Assembly (NCBI GenBank): GCA_951406725.2
Contig: OX597821.1
Coordinates: 44,330,001 to 44,394,000, forward strand
DNA length: 64,000 nt
Source: Octopus vulgaris
Taxonomy: Eukaryota
Direction of reading: 5' to 3'
Shown here: one piece after another, positions 1-14,100 of the stretch
Layout of the letters: each line of letters begins with the position of its first letter
Position numbering within the stretch: the stretch's first letter is position 1
Program-made: the position numbers and the translations under genes
Notes under the pieces: model-generated
What the model was told of the DNA's origin: nothing
Database searches by the model: none
What the model saw: only the letters and a program-made list of their open reading frames with translations

Positions 1-75
1 CTGAACCTCTAAAAACATAGTTCCAAAATGAAAATCATTATCACACAGCCATAAAAACAAATATATATATATATA

Positions 76-547
76 TCATCATCATCATCATCATTTAACG
101 TCCGCTTTCCATGCTAGCATGGGTTGGACGGTTCAACTGGGGTCTGGGGAGCCCGAAGGCTGCACCAGGCCAGTCAGATCTGGCAGTGTTTCTACAGCTG
201 GATGCCCTTCCTAACGCCAACCACTCCGAGAGTGTAGTGGGTGATTTTATGTGCCACCGACACAGGTGCCAGACGAGGCTGGCGAACGGCCACGCTCGGA
301 TGGTGTTTTTATGTGCCACCGACACAGGTGCCAGACGAGGCTGGCGAACGGCCACGCTCGGATGGTGTTTTTATGTGCCACCGACACAGGTGCCAGACGA
401 GGCTGACGAACGGCCACGATCGGATGGTGTTTCTTACGTGCCCACAGCACGGAGGCCAGTCGATGCGGTACTGGCTACGGCCACGTTCGGATGGTTTTCT
501 TGTGTGCCACCGGCACTGGTACCGCAAAGATACAAATTCCATTGATG

Positions 548-550
<3 letters not shown>
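76..550 (-). mobile_element. 3' tail of RTE-clade LINE family with internal 62-bp tandem array
   Basis: Begins with (CAT)n, i.e. a (TGA)n tail on the minus strand. Homologous to the 3' UTR that follows the RTE ORF end at 11493-12320. Three near-identical 62-bp units at about 245, 307 and 369. Confidence 0.8.
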
Positions 551-583
<33 letters not shown>

Positions 584-816
584 TTGATGTTTATACATTA
601 TTTCACTGTATGGACATGTATCTATCTTTCTGTCTGTCTGTCTGATTGTCAGTCTGTCTGTCTGTCTGTCTGTCTCTCTCTGTCTCTCTCTCTCTCTCTC
701 TCTTTCAATATATATAATGTGCGTGTGTATGTGTGTGTATGCATGTTTGTGTACATTATGTATATACAAGAACCTATTGAAATACATGTTTATATGTCTG
801 TGTATTTATGAAATAC

Positions 817-866
<50 letters not shown>

Positions 867-2109
867 GTGATGGTACATTTCGAGTTCTATGATTCTATGG
901 TTTAGTCTTTGTTTATTGATTAGCAATAGTTTGTTTTCCTTTTCGCTTGCAAATTTGCCATCTTTTATGAGAAATGGAAGATAAATATGATGAGTGTTTG
1001 ATGTTTGTAGATAAATGTCACTGTTGAGATTCCAAATCGTAGTTTGTCTCTATAAACTACAAGAAAATTCCTGCAATAATTTTCATATAAGCTGTTTATA
1101 AATGACGATCGAGCTTTGTTTATGCTTTATTATGACATAACATAAAATCACTTGTGTAAATGTCAGATAATATTAGAGTTAAACAGATGACGTCTGAAAT
1201 AAATATTTATAAATTGAATTTAAATACAATTTCATCTGTGTTCCGCCAGAGATGAAAAGCAAACTAACAAAAAACATAGCAGCGTTCATTAGTTTGTCTT
1301 TGTAGTTCATCAACTTTAACATATTTCTTATTTACAAGTGAAATACTTAATCTAATTTGGTTTTGGAGTTTTCTACAGGTTAGAATCACTTGTCTAAATG
1401 TTTGTTCATCTTTTCTGTCATCAACTTGTGCTGCTGATTACTTCCCTAATTTCAGACAGACTTGTTAGACCATGTAGTTCTAGTCTTCATTAGTGCAATA
1501 TTGTTAATGATGATGTTAGTGTTTCATCATTGAACTAATAATTTATTGTAAGTTTTTGTAGTTGAAATTACAATAACACATGTATAGTGAAAGTGCACAA
1601 CTTTTTTATGGTATACTCAAATAGCATGACTACTCCTCCACTTTTTATATGGCCAGGTTGCACATCAGATCTCTGAATTCTTTCACTCTCTCTCATCCTC
1701 CCACTCGCTTTCTCCTTCTCTCCCTCCTCTCTCATCTCTTCCTTTCCTTTCTTTCATCCTCTCTTCTGTCTTTCTCATTCTCTCTTTTTGCCTTTATTTC
1801 TCTTCTTTATTCTGTACATCTAAGATTCTCCCATCTTAATGACATTCAACAATGTACTTCTGATGCTTCACCAGTTTCTCCTTGAAGCAGTCTAAATTAA
1901 GCATGGGTCCTGTCCCATCCATGCCAACATAGAAGGCAGACGTTAAACAATGATGATAATGATGATAATATCCCTTCTATCTACGTGATTTAGTCAGGAA
2001 CACTATACATTATGAGGCCATTCAATCTGCAACAATTACACTAAGAACAATAAACCATCACAATTAGTATAATAGCATCAGATAACAAAAAGTGTCATTC
2101 ACTGTTGTG

Positions 2110-2232
2110 AGTTCATATCCTGACAATGGTACCATAGCTTGACAATGATACCAATTTTGATGTGGTACCATGTCCTGACAGTGGAATCGTATCCTATTAG
2201 GGGCATCATGTCCTGACAGTGGCACCATGTCT
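2110..2232. repeat. Degenerate ~19-bp minisatellite
   Basis: About six units like CATGTCCTGACAGTGGCAC / CATATCCTGACAATGGTAC. Confidence 0.6.
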
Positions 2233-4769
2233 AGATCTCAGGAGAACTTTTTTCTGTTCTGCATCTCTAAGTGTAAAGAAATTCTGAAAAAATAAGAGAA
2301 AGGACGTTGGATAGGCTACAATATCAATGTAGCATTCAGAAATATGGGGATGGAATCTGTCTTTTGATTGATTTAAGGGTTGAATTCGTCTTCTGAATAT
2401 TTCAGTAAACTAATGTTCAGTAAATTAATTATTGGCCCAAATATTTGTGTGTCTTCTATTTACTATCTTTATGAATTCCATTAATAGAAAACACTGCCAA
2501 GACAATAAATGAAGTCTACTAACTTCCTGATATTTGCCTGAAGCATGAAAGATTCTGTGAAATACTTTTATAAGCCATCTCATTATAAACAGAGAAATTC
2601 AAATTTGAGCTGAAATTGAACTGTTCTCTAAGACAGCTAAGTCATAGATGAAAATTTTTTTCCAAGATTTTAAAAGAATTATCTAGAACTAGCAAGTTAT
2701 TTCAAATCAAAGTTTCATATGTGTGGCATATAAAGTGGCAAGTTGGCAGAATCATTGGCACACTAAACAAATTGCTTAGCGGCATTTCATCTCTCTCTTT
2801 ATGACTTCAAATTCCACTGAGGTCAGCTTTACCTTTCATCCTTTCAGGGTTGATAAAATGAGTACCAATAGAGTACTTGGAGTTGATTTAATCAACTTAC
2901 CCATCCCTGAAGTTGCTGGCCTTGTACCAAAATTTAAAACCAATATTTGTGGAATGCTACATAAATTCTTATGTTACTGAAAGAGTAACGTTTTACCAGA
3001 AATAAGAATCCAGAAAAATAGGCTTTTTTGTCAATTCTATAATGATGGAAAAAAGTTAAGCTCTTTTATGAATTGAACATACAGATATGAGCTTCCAAGA
3101 TCAATACTAAATTATACCCAATTCACTATACTATTGTTCACATTAAATTCAAACCCCCACCCTCTTACAAGTAAAAAATTAGTGTTACATTACATTTAAA
3201 AATAGCTAAATGCTTATTGAAGGAATTGTTTCTGTTTTGAGGATGGATAGAGTTAACTGCCTGATTTAATACTAACACCATCTGACTGCTAGCCTTAACT
3301 GGCTCCATTCCCTTGCAAGTATTCTGAATATACATCTGATCAGAAGATAGTTCCCTCCTATTCCTCACATGCTGGCACCACATAGCAAGCATCTCTGCTG
3401 GTGCCACTTAATAACTCTTGTGTTGATGTCATATAAAAAGCACCAAGTACACTCTGTTAAGTGGTTGGCATAAGGAAGTGTATCCAGCCATAGAAACCAT
3501 GCCAGAACAGACAATTGGGGCCTGGTGCAGCTCTCCAGCTTGCCAGCTCCTGTCAAACCATCCAACCCATGCAAGCATGGAAATGGATATTAAATGATGA
3601 TGACGACAATGGTGGTGATGGTGGTGAGTGGGAGACCCAGAAAAAAGTTGTTAATGATTCCCTACCAAAGCTATAAAAAATATATTTACTTTTTAAATTC
3701 ATTGATTTAACAAAAAACTATATGACATTGATGCTTTTGAACATGAAAAGGGAATTGGGTTGACATGAAAAGGAGATTGGGAATTAAAACTGGGTCCAGA
3801 AATTAGACTCTTTAAGAAACTTAGTTCTTACTCTAGAACTCTTTTTGGGGAGATGGCAGAAATAGAAGCAACATTTCCATTGAGCTTAACCATTTCCTCT
3901 AACTGCTTCCTTCATAGCCTGGGTCACACTGACATGAAACAGTACTTGCTCTAGGGTATTTATACCTACTAATTGACGTTATGCCAATATCTATATTGGA
4001 ATAGCAATTCTACTTGAAGATAAACATCAATCAATGTGAAACACTTCTTAATCTTTGCTATTTTTGTGTTTAAATCATTTCCAGTCCATTTCCCCATCCA
4101 TTTTTTTCTTGTCTAACAATGTTTACTCTGTTAGACATTTGCAAATTGTTAAAAACAAATGTTTTTATACCTTAATTCTCTTCCTGCTGCTAGCCACTTA
4201 TTCATGAAGTATACGTACAACTTAGTGCGGACTAGAAATACTCATGTAGCTTGTGTAATATGCCTTGTCCTAACAGAGTGCTCATGTAATAATTTCAAAT
4301 ATAATTGCAGTTCAGATTTGAACCGATGGCATACTGCTCACCAGTTCAACACCTTGATCATAAAACTATTCTATCCAATTTTAATTAAATTATTTTTTAA
4401 ACTTCAACTCTATGAACTTATCCTTTTCTCCTGCTGTCTAATATTAAAAATTAAAAGATCCTCAACAAACCTAAATATATAACATTCATCTATCATTAGA
4501 GTGATGGATAGAAGAATTGGTAGGGTTTAAGATTTCTAATGTACATCTATCATTAGAATAGCAGATAGACGAAATGGTGGGGTATCAGACAAAATGTCAT
4601 CCACTACTTACATCTCTCTATTCTATGTTCAATTCCTGCCCAGGCCAAATTGCCTTCATTCCTCTGATGTTTGTTAAATATACAACTAAAGGCATTACTT
4701 TATTTGACTACACGCAATTCTTTGTTTCCTTTTGCTTATTTTAGCCATCAGTATGAAAGCACCAGACAA

Positions 4770-4985
4770 GGCAGGGAACTGGTAGAATCTTCAGCATGCC
4801 AGGCAGAATGCTTTGTGGCATTTCGTCCCTCTTTACATTCTAAGTTTAAATGCCACTGGGGTCGACTTTGCTTTTCATCCTTTCAGGGTCGATAAAATAA
4901 GTACCAGTTGAGCATTGCAGTCAATGTAATCAACTTACTCATTCCCCCTAAATTGGTGGCCTTGTGTCAGAATTTGAAATCAATA
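4770..4985 (+). mobile_element. tRNA-derived SINE, family B (older copy; relatives at ~2730-2945, ~37650-37860, and minus strand ~57920-58135)
   Basis: Aligns by eye to the young copy at 55271-55501 (GTCGACTTTGCxTTTCATCCTTTCxGGGTCGATAAAxTAAGTACCAGTT). Confidence 0.75.
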
Positions 4986-5414
4986 TGAAAGCACCACACT
5001 AAATCCATTACAGTATTCTTATCTATCTCTGCTCAGGATTAGGCTTTATCTTCTTATCCTTTTGTAGGTACCTGTGACATATTGGAGATGATTTGGTCAT
5101 TTATATTCCTTCCTCTATAAATGTACTGCTTGTGTGTGTAGAGAAAAGAAATATTGATCAAACAACTATTAACTTTTCACAAAAAGAAACCACTATTTGA
5201 TATGTTAACTATCACAGAACTCTTCCAGACTTTCTTTCCCAAGCTCCTCTCACCTTTGATCCTTCTTTCTTTTATATTCTTTCTCTTCCTTGCCTCTCTC
5301 TCTCTCTCTCCTCTCTCTCTCTTCCCTTTAGAATAGCAAACTAATCATACAACTCTGTCAAAAGTCCTGGAAGTAATTAGTAAAATATCAGTTTTTGAAA
5401 TGGCTTAACAATGA

Positions 5415-5790
<376 letters not shown>

Positions 5791-6101
5791 TGTTCTGTTG
5801 TTCTGGCTGAAATAATGGTCATTGCTATCTTTTGTTATTGGTATTCATTTCAGTCATATTGGTATTTACAGACTTAGCAAAGGAGAATTTAAAGTTTAGT
5901 TTTTAAATTGTTCTGGGTGAATATTTTATTAAAAAATCACATGTGGAAGCATAATTCTATAATGACATTGTTCCATCTATGTAAGATTTGACAAAGCATT
6001 TATTAATGTGTGTTAGGATGTGGGTACATAATATTGTAGGGTATCAGGGAGAAGTATATGATACTTTGGATTGTTTACAACATAAAATGAAAGACCAAAC
6101 C

Positions 6102-6677
6102 TTCATCATCATCATCATTGTTCGACCGTGGTCGAGACAATGGAATCTACCATGCTACACCAGACTTCATGGTCCATCATGGCATTACAGAGGTCCTGTT
6201 GCTGGATGCCTGTATCCCTGGAGATTACATCAGGGTAGGAGAGTGTGCGCCCTCTGGTATTGCGAGTAGATGGCTTCCAGAGGAGAAGAGTAGAAATTGC
6301 CTCGTTTTCAGCTCTACAACAATGTCCAGCAAACTGGACTCTCCTACCCTTCACAAGAGATGACACAGGTGGTAGTTTCCCATATATTTGCATTTTGGTT
6401 GGATGATGCTTCCACGAGAGATTTTGAGCTCTCATAAGGAGGCGAGTGTAGGTTCCATCCAACCGCCTCTCCAGCTTCTTTGATAACGTCTAGGTTTCTG
6501 AGCCATATAGTAGAATTGGTTCGACTGTGGCTTTGAAGATTTCAAGTTTGAAATCTCTACTTAGCTTTGATGACCAGATCTTATGCATGTCATTTCAGGC
6601 CGGCCAGGCCATACCCTTTCTAGTTAGAAAATTTTTTGCAGATGATGATATGTATGACCCAAGATATTTGTAATCAT
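6102..6677 (-). mobile_element. 5'-truncated RTE-like non-LTR retrotransposon (RT C-terminus, pseudogenised)
   Basis: Minus strand reads DYKYLGSYIS..FKATVEPILLYGSET*TL..RLDGTYTRLLMRAQNLSW..RRVQFAGHCCR..W, then stop and a (TGA)n tail; in-frame stops present. Confidence 0.88.
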
Positions 6678-7474
6678 GTTAATGGGTCAAAAGACATTTT
6701 GTATGTTTAAGAAACTTGAGAATCACTATGGACTGTATAAATACCAGGAGCCATGTTTTTTCATCATGTCTACATTTTACAAAATACAGGAATTAAGGAT
6801 AAACCACCAGACACACTATAGCCCATTCCAGTGTTGGTTTATGTAACTTTTGATACATGTAATAACATTACTTATACATTTGCCACAGTTAATTATCTCC
6901 CATTGATTACTCTTAATTAATATATACATATAAATACATGTAAATCTTTTTATTTTTCATTCCCTTCGAAATTTTATCCCTAATAGTGGTTTGGAATTTA
7001 ACTGTCCTTTCTAGCGTGCAAGGAATCCTATGACGGATGCCTCTTGTGTGTTTAGATGTACACTGTATTTATATGAATAACATATAGTCTATTGACTAAA
7101 TTTTTACACGCTAGGCCACTGGTAATGGAAATTTCAAATATTTCTAATTACCCTTTGATATTATTAATTATAAATACATGTATGTATGTATGTATGTATG
7201 TATGTATGTATGTACGTATATGTATGTGTGTGTATATGTGTGTGCGTGTCTGTGTGTTTTATCTTGTGTTTGTTTTCATCATTGTCCTGTACATACATTA
7301 GCTATTCCCAGTGGCTTTTCGCCACTGGTGCCACCAAAAGTGAACAATATCAACATTAAAGGCACAAAATTGTAATGATTTTTTGGACATTGACTGATGA
7401 GGAATAAACTATGAACTTTCTGTTTGTTATGTTTTTGTAATATTTCTGTTTGTTGTGTTTTTGTTAAATTTTGA

Positions 7475-7601
<127 letters not shown>

Positions 7602-7606
7602 CAGAT

Positions 7607-7670
<64 letters not shown>

Positions 7671-8399
7671 TGACAGACAGACAGACAAACAGATATAGGT
7701 ATAGGTACAGATATAGATATAAAAAAAAACAAAAAAAACAATTATCTAATGAACTTCATTAGCTTACAAAAGTTTCTGCTATAAGATGCAGCTGACTCAT
7801 GATTGAGTGCCTGAGTTTCACCTTAGAGCTTCACCAGAGTCACAAACATGAAATGTAATTTATTTGGGAAAACAACTACATTTATGCATGTACACAGGAA
7901 AAACCATTACCAATGATAAGGCAGATATGTGGGGGATGAAATCTGGGGGTGGGGGTGGGGCCCTCCAATAATTAAAATAAGATTAATTCTAAAATGTGTA
8001 TACTGAGGTGTGTGTATAGTAAAGTGGGTAGAGTAAGATGAGGGAGTTGGGAGATAATGAATTAAATGGTATAGCAATGATAGAAGAGACAAACGAAACA
8101 CTCGAACCTAAAGCAATAATTAATGATGATATATTTAACTAGGAATGGATAAAATATTTAAGCATATTAACTGCAGTATCAATATTTAGACATAGCATAA
8201 ATATGGAACAACAATCACATCTGACATGTGTTAAGAAACTGAGTTGGTTGACACCTCTCATTTGCAATGTCTTTTGCATATTCTGGTTGTAATACATTAA
8301 TCTGGTTGCTGAGTTTTTTTGGGTTTTTTTGTTGTTTTTTTTGTTTTTACCTTATAAAATCTTAACAGCAGTAAAAGAAATATTCAAAGAGGAATTCAA

Positions 8400-9019
8400 T
8401 TTTTAACATTTAAACCGGCCATATCCGGCCTAAATATTCTACTTGTTTCATGTTCAAACTGGCCAGATCTGACCTCTCACACCTATCCTACAATGTTCTA
8501 ATGATAAACAATAGGCGCAGGAGTGGCTGTGTGGTAAGTAGCTTGCTAACCAACCACATGGTTCTGGGTTCAGTCCCACTGCGTGGCATCTTGGGCAAGT
8601 GTCTTCTGCTATAGCCCCGGGCTGACCAATGCCTTGTGAGTGGATTTGGTAGACGGAAACTGAAAGAAGCCTGTCGTATATATGTATATATATACATGTA
8701 TGTGTGTGTGTGTTTGTGTGTCTGTGTTTGTCCCCCTAGCATTGCTTGACAACTGATGCTGGTGTGTTTACGTCCCCGTCACTTAGCGGTTCGGCAAAAG
8801 ACACCGATAGAATGAGTACTGGGCTTACAAAGAATAAGTCCCGGGGTCGAGTTGCTCGATTAAAGGCGGTGCCCCAGCATGGCCACAGTCAAATGACTGA
8901 AACAAGTAAAAGAGTAAAAGAGTAATCATATCACTGAAATCTCAAAGCTACAAGATTAATTTAAAACAATGTGTATAAATAAGTATTAAATATGACTGAT
9001 TAATCTGAATGCTAAAGGG
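8400..9019. mobile_element. piggyBac-type MITE interrupted by a SINE
   Basis: 8400-8512 and 8924-9019 are the two halves of the element seen intact at 38357-38576 (TTTAAACCGGCCATATCC... / ...CTGAATGCTAAAGGG). Confidence 0.7.
8514..8923 (+). mobile_element. Full-length tRNA-derived SINE, family A (octopus OR-like)
   Basis: A-box TGGCTGTGTGG, B-box GGTTCAGTCCC, internal (TA)/(TG) tract and (TAAAAGAG)n tail. Many other copies in the window, e.g. ~24015-24422(-), ~27818-28152(-), ~29412-29765(+), ~37985-38200(-), ~40640-41005(+), ~58475-58700(-). Confidence 0.85.
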
Positions 9020-9301
9020 TAAAATGATGCCAAGTGCTAGGTGCAAAGGAGCACAACTGAATGCAAAGACCCAGTTGTTGTTTCTGTGAACATAGGTGAA
9101 ACTCTATAAATATTTTACAGGGGAAGAGAAGCAGCACGATCATTTAATTCATATGTATACATCACACAACTAACACATCCACACCCTGCCACACATCATA
9201 CTACATCATCAACTCTGGGAAGGAAAGGCAGATTTGAGCAGTGTGTGACTTGGATATAACAAAATAGTTCAAGGTATTTGGTCCATAACATTACTGATTC
9301 T

Positions 9302-9758
9302 ACATCCATTGGTTAAATAAACATATTCTTTGGTTAGACCTATAATATATCTCTACCAGTTTTGACATTCATTGTTTAGATCAATATAGTCTGTTGTAAG
9401 ACTCACAATATCTCCACCCCACCCCCAGTACACACACACACGCACACACTTGTGTGTAAATAAATATTCTTTGATTGGACCTACAATATCTCTCTACCAA
9501 TCTTGACATCTACTGATTAAATAAACATGTTCTTTGATTTAGACCTACAATATCTCTCTACCAATTCTGACATCCACTGTTTGGATCAATATATTCTGTT
9601 GTTAGACTTACAATATCGCCCCACTACCACCACCACCACCACTACCACATACACTTATGAGATCCACTTAATAAATAAATGTTCTTTGGCTGACCTAAAA
9701 TATCTCTCTACCAATCTTGACATCTACTGATTAAGTAAATATATTCTTTGGTTAAACA
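9302..9758. repeat. Minisatellite of ~60-bp monomers with A-B-C higher-order period (~205-213 bp)
   Basis: Seven related monomers (ACATCxAxTGxTTAAATAAAxATxTTCTTTGxTTAGACCTAxAATATCTCTCTACCAAT) in the order A,B,C,A,B,C,A. Confidence 0.75.
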
Positions 9759-10974
9759 TAAGACATATAAGGATTGAGAGATTTCTCCAATAATTTTGTT
9801 TTCAGGAAAAAAAATGAATGTTTCATTATTTCTTTTGTGATTTGCTAAAAACTGTTTCTACTCTTTACATCTGAAAACGGTAAGTGGGCCAAGATTTGCT
9901 TCAAGGCACTAATAATTTATGTAAATAACAGAATTATGTTCGTCGTCGAGGTTACAGTAATTATATAGAAGTGAAAACATTGGAAAAAGATATTTCAGTG
10001 GCACTGCTAGAAGAATGGAAGACTTTTTTACTTTTCTTTTTCATACTTTTCTGCAAGCAACTTGTTTGGCTTTGGGGGTTCTTTGGTGTGACCAAGTTTC
10101 AGTATTAGATTGTGCTGGTTTTCTTTTTTTTAATTTCTTGTTAAATCTTACTCAATAATCAAAGCTATCAATGATTTTACAGTGAGGAAATGCTTTATTC
10201 ACAAATGGATTAGAAGAGAGGAACTAGAGTTGGTTCATTAGTGTTTGTGGCAGAAAGTGGTTCAGATTTACAGTTGTTGTTGTTGTTTTATAACCTCAGG
10301 TCAGTTCTAATCAAATATACCAGCAACATACAAATAACTAGATACAAACCAAAGACTTACATTTCCAGATAAGCTATACTTCAGCTTAGCTGACAACCAC
10401 ACTGTAAACTCTGATACATATTGGTTATTAGTGTAGATAGGAAGAAATATAGGAATATAACAGATCCTTGAAGAAGTCCTGAATTATTGGATGTAGCCAC
10501 TAAGGAAGCTACCCAAGTAAGTGAAATGGAATATAATGTTTTCATGGAAATGGAATATAATGGGTATTTCATGTGAAATTTAATTAAAAGCTATGCTTTG
10601 CAAACTACCATGTGTTTTAAACAGGCAGTCTCATTTTGTTATAGTCTACATCAGTGGTTCTTAATAGGGGTTCATATGGCTCATGGGGGGGGTCCATATA
10701 AAATTTTGTTGTTAAAATTTATGTATAATAAACTGGTTATATTTCAACAATACACAAAATATCTAAACACTAGTATACCCGTGTCAACAAAAATACCAAC
10801 AGTTTTATGATACTAAATGGCACAATGGAGAAAACTATTAATAAGTGTCAGTTTATTCTAGTAAATATATGTACATACACAGACATGAAGCACTTGAAGG
10901 ATAAGATGTAACGTCTCAGTTGAAAATATCACTCAAATAATGTATGTTTGTGTACAAACACAAACACACATATA

Positions 10975-11027
<53 letters not shown>

Positions 11028-11404
11028 ATACATATATATATATATATATATGCGTGTATATATATATATCATCATCATCATCATCGCCAAACATCTGCCA
11101 ACTGTGCTGGCATGAGTAGGACAGTTTGACCCACCCATGCCAAACCATTCCATATATATATATATGTGTGCGTGTGTATGTGTGTGTGTATGTTTGTGTG
11201 TCTGTGTTTGTGTGTCCCCCCCAGCATCACTTGACAATAGATGCTGATGCATTTACATCCCTATAACTTAGTGGTTTGGTAAAAGAGATTGATAGAATAA
11301 GTACTAGACTTACAAAGAATCAGTCCTAGGGTTAATTTGCTCAACTAAAGGCGCTGCTCCAACATGGCTACTGTCAAATGACTGAAACAAGTAAAAGAAT
11401 AAAA

Positions 11405-11455
<51 letters not shown>

Positions 11456-11492
11456 TGGGTATGTGTGTGTGTTTAAATATATATATATATAT

Positions 11493-12320
11493 GCTGGTAT
11501 GGTCATGTGGCGAGAATGGATGAAGATAGTTGTGTGAAAAAGTGCCACACCCTAGCGGTTGTGGGAACCTGTGGAAGAGGCAGACCCAGGAAAACCTGGG
11601 ACGAGGTGGTGAAGCACGACCTTCGAACTTTAGGTCTCACCGAGGAAATGACTAGAGACCGAGACCTCTGGAAGTGTGCTGTGCGCGAGAAGACCCGGCA
11701 GGACAAGTGAGTCCACAACCCGTGGCCTTCTACATGGGATGGAGCCAGCCTACGTATGCATACCTTCCCTTCTTGGGACACAAAACTCTACTTGTGAAGA
11801 CGTGTTGAGGCAAGTGAGGATCAGAATCGAAATCGATCAATGGAAATTGCGGATGTGCTACCAGTGCCGGTGGCATGTCGAAACTCTGCTTGTGAAGACC
11901 CATTGAGGCAAGTGAGGATCAGAATCGAAATCGATCAATGGAAATCGATCAATGGAAATTGCAGATGTGTTACCAGTGCCGGTGGCATGTAAGAGAACCT
12001 TCCATTTCGCGACCGTTGCCAGCACCGCCCCGTTTCGTGTTCGTTGCCAGCCTCGCCTGGCCCTCGTGCCGGTGGCACATAAAAAACACCATCCGTTCGT
12101 GGCCGTTTGCCAGCTCTGGCTGGCACCAGTGCGGGTGGCACGTAAAAAGCACCCACTACACTCACGGAGTGGTTGGCGTTAGGAAGGGCATCCAGCCGTA
12201 GAAACACTGCCAGATTTGACTGGGCCTGATGAAGCCTTCTGGCTTCACAGACCCCAGCAGAACCGTCCAACCCATGCTAGCATGGAAAACGGACGCTAAA
12301 TGATGATGATGATGATGATG
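11493..12320 (+). mobile_element. 3' end of RTE (BovB-like) LINE: ORF C-terminus + 3' UTR + (TGA)n tail
   Basis: WYGHVARMDEDSCVKKCHTLAVVGTCGRGRPRKTWDEVVKHDLRTLGLTEEMTRDRDLWK is the typical RTE C-terminus. It is followed by the UTR shared by many short copies in the window and a TGA-repeat tail. Confidence 0.9.
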
Positions 12321-12499
12321 ATATATATGCTCATATATACACATACCTATTTATGTACGTCTATGCATGGGCATACATATACATGTGTGAGTGCATGAAT
12401 GTGTGAGCACATGCATATGTTTGTTTACATTTCTTGATCGAAGAAATCATTTTATTGTATGTAACATGTGTCTTTTTTGTGTGGGTGTGTTTACGGGCT

Positions 12500-12530
<31 letters not shown>

Positions 12531-12845
12531 GGAATTTACGATCAACATTTAATTCCATCTTCATTTAAATACTGTTGATTCTGACTGCCACTCACTGCCA
12601 CACCATTTGTTGTTTTATTCTTCTTTCCCTAGCATCATCCACTTGCATTAGCATCTCTCACTACCACCCACTCCCACTCCATATCTTGCTTTACTCTTCT
12701 CTCCCTACAGCTTACAGTGTGACCAACAGGCACACACTTAGTGTTTTATCATATCAGATTTTTTTAATACAATTCCTAATAATATGTAATCATAAAAATA
12801 TAATAGGAGTTTTTAGACATCAAATGACTATGGAGGTCCTTCCCC

Positions 12846-13820
12846 GGATCTTTTCCTCCCCGGATCTTTTTCTCCCCGGATCTTTTCCTTTTGATGGACG
12901 GAATTTTCTAGTTAACTAAACAATTTGAAACTTCGTATACTGGTAGAATGTGTCAAAAGAAAACAATATTGTAAACAAAATTGAAAACAAAATTGTAATT
13001 TGTAAGTTTAACGTAGTTTAATTCTTCGAATTTTAACCAATGAAATGCCAGCATTTGAGCTCAAATCATTTGCTGCGTTATCAATATTGATAAACAAACA
13101 TAGCAGATGTACACACGTACACACGTACACTTGCACACACACACACACACTATCTCTCTGTCACTCTCTCTCTCTCTCTCAAACACATGCATATACATTT
13201 GCACAAGCACATAGTAATTAATATATAAGCGTACACACACATACAAACGGAGATATACATACACACACATACGCACACAAGCATACATACACGTTCGTGA
13301 GTTCGCACTGGTGTTGATAGAATCGACTTAATACTTTTGTATCTCATGCTTTGTCCCCTCTGTGTTTTGCCCCTCGCCGCAACAAATTTACACAAAAGGT
13401 AAATAAACCAGAAGGTGGGGGGTCAATGTTTCATCGTTTCAGGGTCAATAAATTAAGTACCAATTACGCTCTGGTGTCGAGGATTTTTTTCCCAATTTAT
13501 ATCACAGCCTCCAACAAGCTGGGGCATCCTTTTATGAAAAAATATTTCGCAAATTTTTACAATACGACCCACACTCCACGCGCACCCTCTAGACCGATTT
13601 AGGCATATTATTGTTTTGTTTTTGTTGTTTCTAGCCTTTCAAAACCATGGGGGAAGCCTTTTCGGTAAAAAAAAATTAAGAAAATATTCAAAAAATATCG
13701 TTAATATTTTTATTGGGCGACGAAATTCATCGATTTAAGAGATATAGCTGTTATTTCTAGCACATGCCTCCTCCTTCCGCCTTTGTTTATCAAACAGACA
13801 GAAGAGAGAAGGATGAATAA

Positions 13821-13866
<46 letters not shown>

Positions 13867-14100
13867 TTACGTTGCAAGAGGATATTGTCTGAGTTTTTAG
13901 ACGCAGCAAAATATTTCAGCTCAAATGCTGGCATTTCATTGGTTAAAATTCGAAGAATTAAACTACGTTAAACTTACAAATTACAATTTTGTTTTCAGTT
14001 TTGTTTACAATAATGTTTTCTTTTGATACATTCTACCAGTATACGAAGTTTCAAATTGTTTAGTTAACTAGAAAATTCCGTCCATCAAAAGGAAAACACC
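12846..14100. mobile_element. Non-autonomous Mutator/MULE-like DNA transposon with ~190-bp TIRs
   Basis: About 12883-13077 is the near-perfect reverse complement of about 13901-14096; termini GG...CC; perfect 9-bp TSD TCCTTCCCC at 12837-12845 and 14101-14109. Confidence 0.85.

Noticed and set aside
245-430. CRISPR-like periodic array
   Set aside because: Whole 62-bp units repeat with no unique spacers, there are no cas genes, the context is eukaryotic, and the array is part of an RTE 3' UTR.
8514-8590. tRNA gene
   Set aside because: A and B boxes are present but there is no complete cloverleaf; it is the head of a multi-copy SINE.
9806-9879. Candidate upstream exon (ttttcag acceptor, ACG|gtaagt donor)
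   Set aside because: All three frames contain stops, so it cannot be a coding exon joined to 20723; a non-coding exon cannot be supported without RNA data.
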